DNA from: an uncultured Planctomycetales bacterium
GTDB taxonomy: Bacteria > Omnitrophota > Gorgyraeia > Gygaellales > Profunditerraquicolaceae
NCBI GenBank assembly: GCA_964645795.1
Contig: CAZYCL010000001.1
Location: 223,194 to 287,193, forward strand
Direction of reading: 5' to 3'
DNA: 64,000 nucleotides
Under the pieces are notes generated by a model. It was not told the DNA's origin. It saw only the letters and a program-made list of their open reading frames with translations, and searched no databases. Below are positions 47,890-57,099 of the stretch, one piece after another (within the stretch, counting starts at the first letter, position 1; each line of letters begins with the position of its first letter). A program made the translations under genes and the position numbers.

Positions 47890-49302
47890 TTACTGGCCTG
47901 CCTGTTCTTGGATACGTCTGGAAGACGCGCTCATGAAGCTCATGACCATGTAAAACAGGATCATGTATTGGATGACATTGCCGAATACGAGCGAAAAATC
48001 GGACTCAACGTTAAGCAGGTTATAGAAAACCGCCGCACCTATAAGGAAAGTCCCGTCTTTACATCCTGGGAAGTTTATCATTGCGTATAGGCCGCGTATG
48101 ATCAACCCGAAGATAAACATCCCAACGACCACCCCCCATGGCCCGAAGTTGACGAACATCTCAAGGGTTATGGGAAGATTGTAGGAAGTAGACATGTCGC
48201 TGGGCAGAAGAAAACAATAGCGGTGGCCGAACTCCGTACCCACGTTCTTGGTGGGTTTGCCTGGAAACAGCGCCCTGGGGAAAAACGACAAGGGGAGCGT
48301 GCGGTAAGTATGCCCGTTCCAGTAAGGAATGGTGCGGGGAGTAAGGTCAACTACCCTAACGAAAGTCACCAGGTGATTGGAGCGGGAGACAAGCTTCTCG
48401 TAGGCTTTGGCGTCAAATTCGCTATCGGAGCCCGGAAGCTTTACCATTAACTCCAGGTATAACACTATCTTTCTGATAGTCGATTCCGCGCTATACCTGC
48501 CCCCGTACCAGGCCAGACTCCTGTACTCATCCCGCACGCCCCATACGCGGAATATAAACAAGGAGACGATTATCAAGGCCACCCACGGGATCTTCTGGCG
48601 GCAGTAGAAATAAATGAAGAACAAGGTGCAGGACTCAAGCAACACAGGCATGACCGATCCGGTAGCGATGGTATAGAGAAGCCTTGAAGGAATAAAGAGC
48701 ACCCACAATAACAGCTTAAAGAAACCGCTGAGTTTTCCCTGCAGGCCCAGGAGAAAGAATATGATAATCGCTAAAAGCGATAGCTGCACGATGAAACCGT
48801 GGATGCTGCCCCCTACCAGGGACAGCGTATAGTTGGAGAAAAAGTAAGTTATGGTGATGGATACGAAATAGAGTATAAGCCCGAGGCTTGAAGATTTTGA
48901 TGGGTCCAGCGAAATATCCAGATGCGGCAGCGCGGAATCAAGGGGCTTGCCGAGCTGCGAATAGAACGCCATCAGGAACGCAACAAAACCTACGAGCACC
49001 ATTAACAGTGTCGTCGTGGAGGTGGCCGGGCCGACAAAATCAAACCAGAACTGGACGTCTTTACTGCTGAATATATTTCCGAAGTGCATGAAATAGATGA
49101 TACCGTAGAGGGGCACATACGGTATGGTCTTTTCCGAACGCGCAAAATAAATCACGGTCGGGATGCAGGTTACCAGATACACCAGTGAGGCCATAAGCAC
49201 CTGAACCGGCAGAAAGCCTTTATTGTGCCAACCGTGAAATACGTAAAACCATATTGCAGCTACCGCCAGTAAAACCTTGAACGCTGTGCCTCTTTTATCC
49301 AT
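47890..49302 (-). CDS. multi-pass membrane protein, O-antigen ligase/polymerase-like (Wzy_C superfamily?)
   Basis: About 10 TM helices with a large loop before the final TMs. The start is set at MDKRGTAF, because the upstream 44 aa of the ATG-ORF overlap the preceding gene. Confidence 0.35.
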   Translation of the reverse strand: MDKRGTAFKVLLAVAAIWFYVFHGWHNKGFLPVQVLMASLVYLVTCIPTVIYFARSEKTIPYVPLYGIIYFMHFGNIFSSKDVQFWFDFVGPATSTTTLLMVLVGFVAFLMAFYSQLGKPLDSALPHLDISLDPSKSSSLGLILYFVSITITYFFSNYTLSLVGGSIHGFIVQLSLLAIIIFFLLGLQGKLSGFFKLLLWVLFIPSRLLYTIATGSVMPVLLESCTLFFIYFYCRQKIPWVALIIVSLFIFRVWGVRDEYRSLAWYGGRYSAESTIRKIVLYLELMVKLPGSDSEFDAKAYEKLVSRSNHLVTFVRVVDLTPRTIPYWNGHTYRTLPLSFFPRALFPGKPTKNVGTEFGHRYCFLLPSDMSTSYNLPITLEMFVNFGPWGVVVGMFIFGLIIRGLYAMINFPGCKDGTFLIGAAVFYNLLNVESDFSLVFGNVIQYMILFYMVMSFMSASSRRIQEQAGQ

Positions 49303-49322
49303 TTTTGGCGCTTCTTTCCGCT

Positions 49323-50528
49323 TCAGTCTGCATTCGATATAGCACGATAGTGACTGAGCATGTATTCTACGTAATGGTCCCAGGTAAAACTGCTGATCAC
49401 CCTCTCCCTTGCCCTCTCTCCCATAGCCTGGCATGCAGAGCGGTTCTCGTATAAGTATATGAGCTTTTCTTTCAAAACCTGCTCATCCCTGATCGGTATC
49501 ACAAAACCCTCCATTCCATCGCGTATTATATCAGAACCTCCGGTATTTGTCGTGCAGACAAGCGGCAAACCGCAGCACATCGCCTGCAGCTGCACAACGG
49601 CCATCCCTTCATCTATGGAGGGCATGACAAAAACCGAACCCTGAGAGTAATAGCGGTGGAGCAAGCCTTGAGGTTGATGCGGTATCCAGCGAAAGCTGTC
49701 GCGATACTCTGCCAATATGCGCCTGGTGTCCGGGTTTAGGCTGCCGATAAGCCAAAGCTCTGAGTTGGGCAGCCGCGCCTGGCTGAATGCCTTCAACAAA
49801 TAAGGTATGCCCTTCCTAAGGCTGATATTGCCGGCGCAGATCACCCTGAAAACGTCATCATTCTTGGGCAGCCGGGGGAACTCTTCGGGATCGACCCCGC
49901 GAAAGCTTTTAATAACCTTGGAGGGGTCTACCCCCGATTCCTTGAATGTATCCAGGGCATAAGAGCTGGGTACTTCTATATAATCGGCCAATTCGTATTC
50001 CCGTATCTCTTTTTCCACCAGCCGAGGGTGCGCCGCCTGAAACTCCGCCTTCCATCTGCCGGCCTCCTCTTGCCTTATCCTCTGCTGCCACACCATGTGG
50101 GAGCTGCCGCGCTCAAGAATGCTCTTTATCCCCAGCTGCCTGGCCTTTTTTAAAGTATGCAGGGCGCAGCCGGACCAAGAGATGCAAAGGTCGCTTTTTT
50201 TGAGTTTTGCTGCGGCTATCCGGTCGAAGATCTCCCCAAGCACGAAATCCGTAGCCAGGATCCGGTTTAACGAATACGGCGCCATATTGCACAAACGAAC
50301 CAGGCACTCAATTAAAACCTCTGAATCTACGCATTTATGCGCAATGGCATAACCTTTCATGGCGAACTTCGGATAGGTAGTGATGATGCGCACGAAGACG
50401 CCTTTCCTGATAAGCCTATCTGCCAGGTAAAAAACGTGGAACCTTCCGGCAACCGTTATGGTAATCTGCATAATTGGAATAAGTTCCCGTAGTTCCTGCA
50501 GTATTTTATGAATACATAAACCTTCCAA
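49323..50528 (-). CDS. glycosyltransferase family 4
   Basis: 401 aa with the GT-B fold and a C-terminal GT1-type motif (EGMAVVQLQAMCCGLPLV). The N-terminus may start at an internal Met. Confidence 0.6.
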   Translation of the reverse strand: MEGLCIHKILQELRELIPIMQITITVAGRFHVFYLADRLIRKGVFVRIITTYPKFAMKGYAIAHKCVDSEVLIECLVRLCNMAPYSLNRILATDFVLGEIFDRIAAAKLKKSDLCISWSGCALHTLKKARQLGIKSILERGSSHMVWQQRIRQEEAGRWKAEFQAAHPRLVEKEIREYELADYIEVPSSYALDTFKESGVDPSKVIKSFRGVDPEEFPRLPKNDDVFRVICAGNISLRKGIPYLLKAFSQARLPNSELWLIGSLNPDTRRILAEYRDSFRWIPHQPQGLLHRYYSQGSVFVMPSIDEGMAVVQLQAMCCGLPLVCTTNTGGSDIIRDGMEGFVIPIRDEQVLKEKLIYLYENRSACQAMGERARERVISSFTWDHYVEYMLSHYRAISNAD

Positions 50529-52114
50529 TAGCGATCGAAGTCGATAAAGAATTCGAGGGGCGAGATCTTATTCTTTGCAAGCCTGAAATGGCCGTTCAGC
50601 ACTTCACGCTCCTTATATATATATTTTATCATTTCTTTGAAAAATGGGAACATCAGGTATCTAAAAGGGAAGCTGAAGCCGCGTTTGCGCCGATGGACAA
50701 AGCTTGGCGGAAATCCTGCCGCAATAAGGATATTCTTTAATGCCCACTTTGCCGCCGGAGCATTCTTCCAGTAAACCAAAGGCAGGCTGCGCATAAAACA
50801 AAGCAGCTCCCAATCCAGATACGGACAGCGCGCCTCCATCTGGTTTTCGCTGATGGCCTTGTCGACCTTGATGAAACCGTGCCCGACCAGATCCTCGCCA
50901 ACCGCGCGCCGGGCGTACTCGCTAAAATACGAGGGCAGAGGAGGACCGCAGACCGCCTCTGTGGCGGCTGAACCATCAGGGCATGCCAAGAGCCAGTCTT
51001 TTAGCGAAGCATAACCCAGAAAAGCCTCATCGCCTCCGTCTCCGGTAAAAAGCACCCTCCCGAATTCCCCGGCCTTAAGGCTTAGCGCAGAAAGAAAATA
51101 ATAAGAACAAACCGCCAGCGGCTGGTCCGCGCTCAAGATAAACCCATCGATATGCGAACGCAGGAAATCTCTTTCCAGCCTTACGAAATGCACCTGTTTT
51201 TTAAGCAGCTGCGAAGCCTTGTCCACGCAAGGCTGGTCATGCATAAACCAGAGCGGCTGACGAAGAGAAACCAGCTCTGTCGAGGCGTTGTGGGCGAGCA
51301 TCCGGCAGGCCAGGACAGTCGAGTCTATGCCCCCCGAGAATAACAGCACCGGGCTGTCGACCTTTTGCATCCTTTTGGCGATCGCAGCATCCAGGAGCCT
51401 CTCGATCGTCTTCTGGATGAGCGGCACATCATTGAAATCATGCTCCCGGTAATCAACGCAAGCTTTTTTGAGCTTTCTGCGAAAAACTTCCTTGCCTCCC
51501 AGGTCTACTTCGTAGATCTCGCCCGGCAAGACCGGTACTACCTCCTCTAGCAGCGTCGCGTTCCAGGGCAGGTGGCCGTACTTAAAATAATAATCTATCT
51601 GCCTGTTATCAAGGACAAGCTTACCCGGATAATTATCGGCTATCGCCGTGAGCTCTGAAGAAAATATCAGGGTCTCTGCTTTTTTATAAAGCAAAAAAAG
51701 CGGTTTTTTGCCGATGTTATCCCTGTGGATGAAAACCTTCCTGGCTTTCTTGTCAAAAAGCGCAAATGCAAAAGCGCCGTCCAGTAAACCGAATCCATCG
51801 CTACCGTAGAGCGAATAAAGATGGAGTATCGCTTCGCAGTCGCTGGTCCCGGAATAAACGTAACCACCCATCTTTCTTATTTCCCGGTGATTGTATACCT
51901 CCCCGTTGCAGATGAGAACGCAATCATTGTTTTCGATCGGCTGCATGGATGAGCCTTGCCGGTCTATCACCGCCAGCCGCGCATGCACGAACAAGGCCTC
52001 GGCGCTGCGCCAGCAACTTTGCCCGTCAGGGCCGCGGTTTTTCAGATAGCGCGCCGAGCAGGACTCGGGCAAACTTTTGCCGGAAAGACTGATCATCCCC
52101 AGTAATCCGCACAT
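50456..52114 (-). CDS. asparagine synthase-like amidotransferase (second paralog)
   Basis: N-terminal MCGLLG nucleophile and PP-loop SGGIDST; 552 aa. Confidence 0.7.
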   Translation of the reverse strand: MCGLLGMISLSGKSLPESCSARYLKNRGPDGQSCWRSAEALFVHARLAVIDRQGSSMQPIENNDCVLICNGEVYNHREIRKMGGYVYSGTSDCEAILHLYSLYGSDGFGLLDGAFAFALFDKKARKVFIHRDNIGKKPLFLLYKKAETLIFSSELTAIADNYPGKLVLDNRQIDYYFKYGHLPWNATLLEEVVPVLPGEIYEVDLGGKEVFRRKLKKACVDYREHDFNDVPLIQKTIERLLDAAIAKRMQKVDSPVLLFSGGIDSTVLACRMLAHNASTELVSLRQPLWFMHDQPCVDKASQLLKKQVHFVRLERDFLRSHIDGFILSADQPLAVCSYYFLSALSLKAGEFGRVLFTGDGGDEAFLGYASLKDWLLACPDGSAATEAVCGPPLPSYFSEYARRAVGEDLVGHGFIKVDKAISENQMEARCPYLDWELLCFMRSLPLVYWKNAPAAKWALKNILIAAGFPPSFVHRRKRGFSFPFRYLMFPFFKEMIKYIYKEREVLNGHFRLAKNKISPLEFFIDFDRYWKVYVFIKYCRNYGNLFQLCRLP

Positions 52115-52121
52115 TATTTAA

Positions 52122-52997
52122 CTACCCCTTTTCTTTCTTAAAACCCACCACTACCAGATCGCTATGCTGGCCTTTAGGGCAGCCGATAAGATCGAAAAAT
52201 CCATTGTGGATCTCGAACTCAAACCCTTCTGGGCCGAGATTGCGCTTAAAGAACTCCGCGGTAAAGCCCAAGGGATGCATCGCCCCCATCCATTTGAATC
52301 CCGGGGCCATCTTTTCCGGGGCCATATCCGGAACCTCTAAAAACAAAACGCCGCCCGGCTTTAACAGGCTACGAAAAGATTTGAAGATGGCGGATATGTC
52401 TGAAAGGTGCTCCAGGACATGAATGCAAAATATGGCGTCAAAGCTCTCATTGTCGCCGCAAAGCCCTTTAAGATCGCTCTCTATCCTAAGCCCCAGGACA
52501 TTTCTGCCGAACTCCCTGCGCTTATCGGAGATCTCCACGCCTACGGCCTCCACCCCCTGCCGGCTAAGCTGCTTTAGAAAGTAACCCCAGGAACAGCCGA
52601 ATTCAAGCGCCCGTTTTATTGCGTGCCTGTCGATAAAATACCTAAACACGCCGTAATAATCCTTTTCCGTATTGCGAAAATCATCCTGGATGAGCTGCTT
52701 TAGCCTTTTATTATCCGGGATATTTGTAACCAGGTCGTTCTCGGTATACAAAAGATCGTAAGCGCGGGGGAACTTAAAGATGGGGTTGGTCCAGAGGAGC
52801 GCGCAGTTCCTGCACCGGCAAATATCGACGACAGCGAACTTCTTAAAGATTAGATCATGGCTGGCACTGCCGCAATAAGGGCAAAAACCGTTCTTCTTGA
52901 AGAAAACCGCCTCGAAGAAATACACGGCCTTGATGCAAATCAGTTTAATCGGGCGAAGAGACTTCAATTTAGCTCCTCGAGGTAGTCGCGCCGGCAA
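52122..52997 (-). CDS. class I SAM-dependent methyltransferase with an N-terminal zinc-ribbon
   Basis: A CPYCG...CRCRNC zinc ribbon is followed by a Rossmann-like methyltransferase motif (LEFGCSWGYF). Confidence 0.5.
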   Translation of the reverse strand: MPARLPRGAKLKSLRPIKLICIKAVYFFEAVFFKKNGFCPYCGSASHDLIFKKFAVVDICRCRNCALLWTNPIFKFPRAYDLLYTENDLVTNIPDNKRLKQLIQDDFRNTEKDYYGVFRYFIDRHAIKRALEFGCSWGYFLKQLSRQGVEAVGVEISDKRREFGRNVLGLRIESDLKGLCGDNESFDAIFCIHVLEHLSDISAIFKSFRSLLKPGGVLFLEVPDMAPEKMAPGFKWMGAMHPLGFTAEFFKRNLGPEGFEFEIHNGFFDLIGCPKGQHSDLVVVGFKKEKG

Positions 52998-54433
52998 AAC
53001 CAGTAGCTTAAGGAACCGACAATCACCGCCGTCAAATCGAACAAAAGGTGCCTGAACTTAGGATGGGGGCTCAATATAAGGCTTGCCCATCTGGCAAACA
53101 GTATCTTCCTGAAGTAACGATAACGCCAAAAATGCCTTGCCCTGTTTGTAAACGATGAATGGGAGTATCTGTTTCTAAAGAAATCTATCGCCCGCCTTGC
53201 CGAACTCCGGCTCAAATCCGTGGCTACGGGTTTAAACCTCGAGTAGTCGTAATCCTCGGCGCAGCGGTAGAAGCCTGAGGCCTCGATTTCGCGGCAGTAA
53301 AGGTTTGAAAGGTGGGTCTTGGGAAGCAGGGTAGTATAAGAATAATTCATGAAATGAGGCTGGATCTTCCGGATAAGGGCCAGGGACATCTTGAGGTCGC
53401 CTTCGCTTTCCGTAGGCGAGCCGACCATAATGTTGGCCTGTACAGGCAAACCGATCTGGTGGCACAACCTGTAAGCTTCCATGACCTGATCGTCGGATAC
53501 GTTTTTATCAAGCACGCCGTTCCTTATCCTCTGGCAACCGGTCTCAGGAGTGAGCACTAAACACGAACATCCCGCATCGCGCATCCTGATAAGCATCTGG
53601 CGGTCGATATTATTGAGCCGGCCATTGGCATACCATGAAATATCAAGCCGCTCCTGCCTGATAAGGTCGCAAAACCTTCCCGCCCATTCAATATCCGTAA
53701 GAAAAGTGTCGTCGTTTATCCACAAACCATTCACTCCGTATGCATTTTTAAGCTCGGCGATCTCGGCTACGACATTTTCAGGAGAGCGCTTGCGCACCCC
53801 TTTGCCGAAGATCTGTTCGGGCGTAGGCTGACAAAAGGAACACCGATAGGGGCAGCCCCTTCCGGTTATAAGCAGCATGCAGGGATTTTTTAAAGGATAC
53901 CCTGCCCTGCCGTAGATGACGCTTTTAGGCACAAGCCTCCTGTTGACAAACGGCAGCGAATCGAGGTCTCGTATATACTCCCTCGGCCCCGTCACTACCG
54001 GGGTTGCCCCTTTCAGGTAGGCCAGCCCTTTCACGGCATCCGGGAACTGACCCTGCCCTATTTTATCCAAAAGCTCCACTATCGTTACTTCGGCCTCTCC
54101 GATGACGCAGAAATCTACGCCCATCTCTTTCAGGGCCTGCTCGGGGAAGACGCTGGCATGCGGTCCTCCGGCAATCAACACCTTGCCGGGTAAAAATGAT
54201 CTTATGGACCTGGATATGGCTTTGGCTTTCTCAAAAAGCGGCGTTACCACGCTTATGCCTATGACATCGGCAGAGAAGCTGCGGATCTGTTTTAGTATCC
54301 GGCCCAAATAATCAGCCTTCTCGGCTCCGATCAGGCGGACAGAATGACCGGCCTTTTCCAAGACCGTGCCGACGTACATAAGGCCCAGGGGCTCGTTATC
54401 CAGGCTTTCCAGATAGATTAACAGTATGCGCAT
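52964..54433 (-). CDS. B12-binding domain radical SAM enzyme (class B), second copy
   Basis: N-terminal cobalamin-binding Rossmann-like domain (ILLIYLESL...VIGIS...IAGGPHAS), then a CxxxCxxC motif (CPYRCSFC); 489 aa. Confidence 0.7.
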   Translation of the reverse strand: MRILLIYLESLDNEPLGLMYVGTVLEKAGHSVRLIGAEKADYLGRILKQIRSFSADVIGISVVTPLFEKAKAISRSIRSFLPGKVLIAGGPHASVFPEQALKEMGVDFCVIGEAEVTIVELLDKIGQGQFPDAVKGLAYLKGATPVVTGPREYIRDLDSLPFVNRRLVPKSVIYGRAGYPLKNPCMLLITGRGCPYRCSFCQPTPEQIFGKGVRKRSPENVVAEIAELKNAYGVNGLWINDDTFLTDIEWAGRFCDLIRQERLDISWYANGRLNNIDRQMLIRMRDAGCSCLVLTPETGCQRIRNGVLDKNVSDDQVMEAYRLCHQIGLPVQANIMVGSPTESEGDLKMSLALIRKIQPHFMNYSYTTLLPKTHLSNLYCREIEASGFYRCAEDYDYSRFKPVATDLSRSSARRAIDFFRNRYSHSSFTNRARHFWRYRYFRKILFARWASLILSPHPKFRHLLFDLTAVIVGSLSYWFCRRDYLEELN

Positions 54434-54454
54434 ATTGCGATAAAATAATTCCGG

Positions 54455-54524
54455 GTCGATGGTCTATAGTCGATGGTCTATAATCTATAGCGGGACCGCA
54501 GGCCATTAACTATCGACTATAGAC
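54455..54524. repeat. perfect 14-mer tandem direct repeat (GTCGATGGTCTATA x2) plus a 13-bp inverted partner (ATCGACTATAGAC) 37 bp away; candidate operator or structured element
   Basis: Read directly in the 123-bp gap between the glycosyltransferase at 54557-55738 and the radical SAM gene. Direct copies lie at 54455-54468 and 54469-54482, and the inverted copy at 54512-54524. Confidence 0.5.
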
Positions 54525-54556
54525 TGTTGATTATCGGCCCTGAAATGCCTTCTTGA

Positions 54557-55738
54557 CTAAACGTTATTTCTAATAAACTCAAGAATCGGGGCAAACTGGG
54601 TTTCGTAATTATACCTCTCAAGATGCAACTGGCGAAGCGCCTGGGATTTCCGCCTGCGCCCCTCCTCATCATTTAAGGCCAGGGCTATTGCCTGGCCGAT
54701 GCTTGAGGGCGAAAACGGATCGGCAAAATAAAAGTCATCTTCCCCTAACAGCTCCTTAAACTGCTTCATGTCGGTGGTAACGCAAGGCACGCCCAGGGCC
54801 ATATATTCAAACATCTTGTTGGAGCCTCCTGCGCCATAGAACCCCTGCAGCTGGGTCGAAGGCTTGTAAAAAGCCAGGCCCAGGTCAGCCGCGCAGGTAT
54901 ACTCAAAAAGCTCGTCGTGAGGCACAAACCCCAGATAAATGATCTTCTTTCCCCCGGGAGGTTTCTCTATGGCCCTAAACAGCTCGTCCTTCTCCTGCGG
55001 CGTATAGATCGTCCCGGCTAAAACAAATACGGAGCCCTCCGGCCACATCTGCATCGAGGCTATCGTCTCGGGGATGCTCCTCCACGTATCGATACCCCCC
55101 TGATAAAATACCACCTTAGCCCCCTTCTCCACTCCCTGCGCGGCCAGCGCTTCTCTAAGCCTTGGCTTCGGCAGGTCCAGGACGCGCAAAGGAGCGTTCA
55201 TCACTATTTCAGGAGAAGATTTAAGACGGGCCTTATTCTTGAAGTATTGCGCGCGGTGCATATCGGGGAAGACCACTTTTTTGGCATACCGGCTAAGCCT
55301 TAGATGCAGCCAGTTGATAAAACTGCCCAAAGAAAACCTCTCTGTGCATTCATACAGATCATGGCTGTGGAATATCACCGGCAGCTTCTTGCCCATAACG
55401 CTTGTGAATATGGCAGCGACCAACGCATGCATATCATAGGCATAGACCAGGCGGCAGCCGCAGCGCCTTATCCGCCACAGGCAAACAAATATGAACCGCG
55501 TATACTCGATGACCTTCTTTATCGCGCTCTGATTGTTGGCTGCCTCCATGGTGATGGATTTACCCACGCGATAGACTCTTACATTCTCCGGATAAGAGGC
55601 GCAAACAAGCTCATAATTGCGCGACAAAAAAAGCAGGTCAAAATCCTCGCACAGGATCTTTATGGCGCTGGCGGTGGAAGGATAAGTATCCGGGTTACTG
55701 TATAAAACCATGGCGATTTTCTTACGCCGGGCCGTCAT
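54557..55738 (-). CDS. glycosyltransferase (GT-B fold, GT4-like)
   Basis: 393 aa; the C-terminal half has a GT1-type nucleotide-sugar binding motif (...EYMALGVPCVTTD...). Confidence 0.5.
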   Translation of the reverse strand: MTARRKKIAMVLYSNPDTYPSTASAIKILCEDFDLLFLSRNYELVCASYPENVRVYRVGKSITMEAANNQSAIKKVIEYTRFIFVCLWRIRRCGCRLVYAYDMHALVAAIFTSVMGKKLPVIFHSHDLYECTERFSLGSFINWLHLRLSRYAKKVVFPDMHRAQYFKNKARLKSSPEIVMNAPLRVLDLPKPRLREALAAQGVEKGAKVVFYQGGIDTWRSIPETIASMQMWPEGSVFVLAGTIYTPQEKDELFRAIEKPPGGKKIIYLGFVPHDELFEYTCAADLGLAFYKPSTQLQGFYGAGGSNKMFEYMALGVPCVTTDMKQFKELLGEDDFYFADPFSPSSIGQAIALALNDEEGRRRKSQALRQLHLERYNYETQFAPILEFIRNNV

Positions 55739-57099
55739 CGGACCTGTCTTTCGCTCAGTATCTTCTCATAAATTGACTGGGTATCCGCTGCCACCTGCTG
55801 CATGGTCCTGGGGCAGGAGATGCTGGCGCCTAACCCCTCCAGCATGCCGTGTTCGCGCAAGGCCCGGCGGAGTATCCCGGCCAGCGCCCTGTGATCGCCG
55901 GCCTCAAAAAGCAGGCCTCCTCGGCCGCTGTTGACCAGCTCTGCTATGCCGCCGCGGTTGGAGGCGATTACCGGAACACGGCAGGCCCAAGCCTCCAGCA
56001 ATACCAGGGGGCCGGTCTCCAGCCACAAGGAAGGAATGACCAATAGATCGGCTTCCTGCATCACCTCAAACCTCCTGCCCGGATCAAGCAGCCCTCTCCA
56101 GATGATCCGCCTATCCTGCCCGTATCTTTTTTTAAGCTTCAGGAGGTATTTTCTCTCGCAGTCAAACGCAGGCTCCCCGAATATATGCACTTGAATATCG
56201 ATATCGGGCTCTAGCAACGCAACTGCCTTAAGCAGGATATGCAGCCCCTTATAAGGAGTTATCCTTCCCACAAAGAAGCATTTAAGCTGCGTGTGGGGCT
56301 CTCTTGGCTTTAGAGCTGGGGTCTTTTCGACCCCCTGGCGGCAAAGGAATATATTCTCTTTTTTATAACCGTTCTCAAGCAAAAGCTGGCGCGTCCATTC
56401 CGAAACCGCAACAAAATAATTTACCATCCCCAGGCCCCGGCGCATCCTCTCCATGCGCCTGAAGGTTAACCACGGCAGGCCAAGCCATGTCGCAAAAGGC
56501 AGCTTAATCCCGGACAGTCCGCAGCGCTTGTATAAAAACCAGGAAACAAAAAGCGGGGCGCGCGACCAGCACCAGGCCAGCGCTTGAGGCAATAGATACT
56601 CCATCTGCACGCAGAACAGGCACCGTCTGTAATCCATAATACCCTTGCACGGCGATCTGCCGCAATAAAGCATATGCCCCTGACCGCAGGTCATCATCGG
56701 GGTATGATACGACAGGATTATCGGTATAGCCTTATCTTTGATCAGGCGCATGGCCGTGATCACATGGGTCGATGAAAAATGATGGAAGTGGGCTACCTGG
56801 GGCCTGGTTTCTTGGAGCAGCCGGGAAAATACGGCGCCTGCCTTATCTTCATCGTCGAAGTATATGTCTTGGGTCTTCTGCCCCCAAATGTTCTCCTCGA
56901 GGGCAAAAACGCTCACCCCCTCATAAGCATAGCGCTTTATCCTGAAAGGCTCCCCGCCTTTTTCTCTAAAGACATCGAAGTAGCAGACAAAAACCTCATG
57001 GCCTTTGGCCAAAAGCTCCTTATTCAGGGCATAAAGATAAGTCTCCGTCCCGCCCACCTTTCCGGGCAGATAACTGCAGCTAACTTGGAGTATCTTCAT
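55735..57099 (-). CDS. glycosyltransferase family 4
   Basis: 454 aa; the N-terminus is GT4-like and a C-terminal Glycos_transf_1 motif is present. Confidence 0.6.
   Translation of the reverse strand: MKILQVSCSYLPGKVGGTETYLYALNKELLAKGHEVFVCYFDVFREKGGEPFRIKRYAYEGVSVFALEENIWGQKTQDIYFDDEDKAGAVFSRLLQETRPQVAHFHHFSSTHVITAMRLIKDKAIPIILSYHTPMMTCGQGHMLYCGRSPCKGIMDYRRCLFCVQMEYLLPQALAWCWSRAPLFVSWFLYKRCGLSGIKLPFATWLGLPWLTFRRMERMRRGLGMVNYFVAVSEWTRQLLLENGYKKENIFLCRQGVEKTPALKPREPHTQLKCFFVGRITPYKGLHILLKAVALLEPDIDIQVHIFGEPAFDCERKYLLKLKKRYGQDRRIIWRGLLDPGRRFEVMQEADLLVIPSLWLETGPLVLLEAWACRVPVIASNRGGIAELVNSGRGGLLFEAGDHRALAGILRRALREHGMLEGLGASISCPRTMQQVAADTQSIYEKILSERQVR

Noticed and set aside
49303-49434. N-terminal 44 aa of the membrane-protein ATG-ORF, and similarly the first 21 aa of the GT-C ORF at 42310-42372
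   Set aside because: These segments overlap the preceding genes and are non-hydrophobic and low-complexity. Internal Mets give tidy stop-start overlaps typical of this array.
54434-54556. Insertion sequence or MITE, suggested by the direct and inverted repeats
   Set aside because: There is no transposase gene, no target-site duplication and no terminal inverted repeats bounding a discrete element. It is more consistent with an operator or structured regulatory region.
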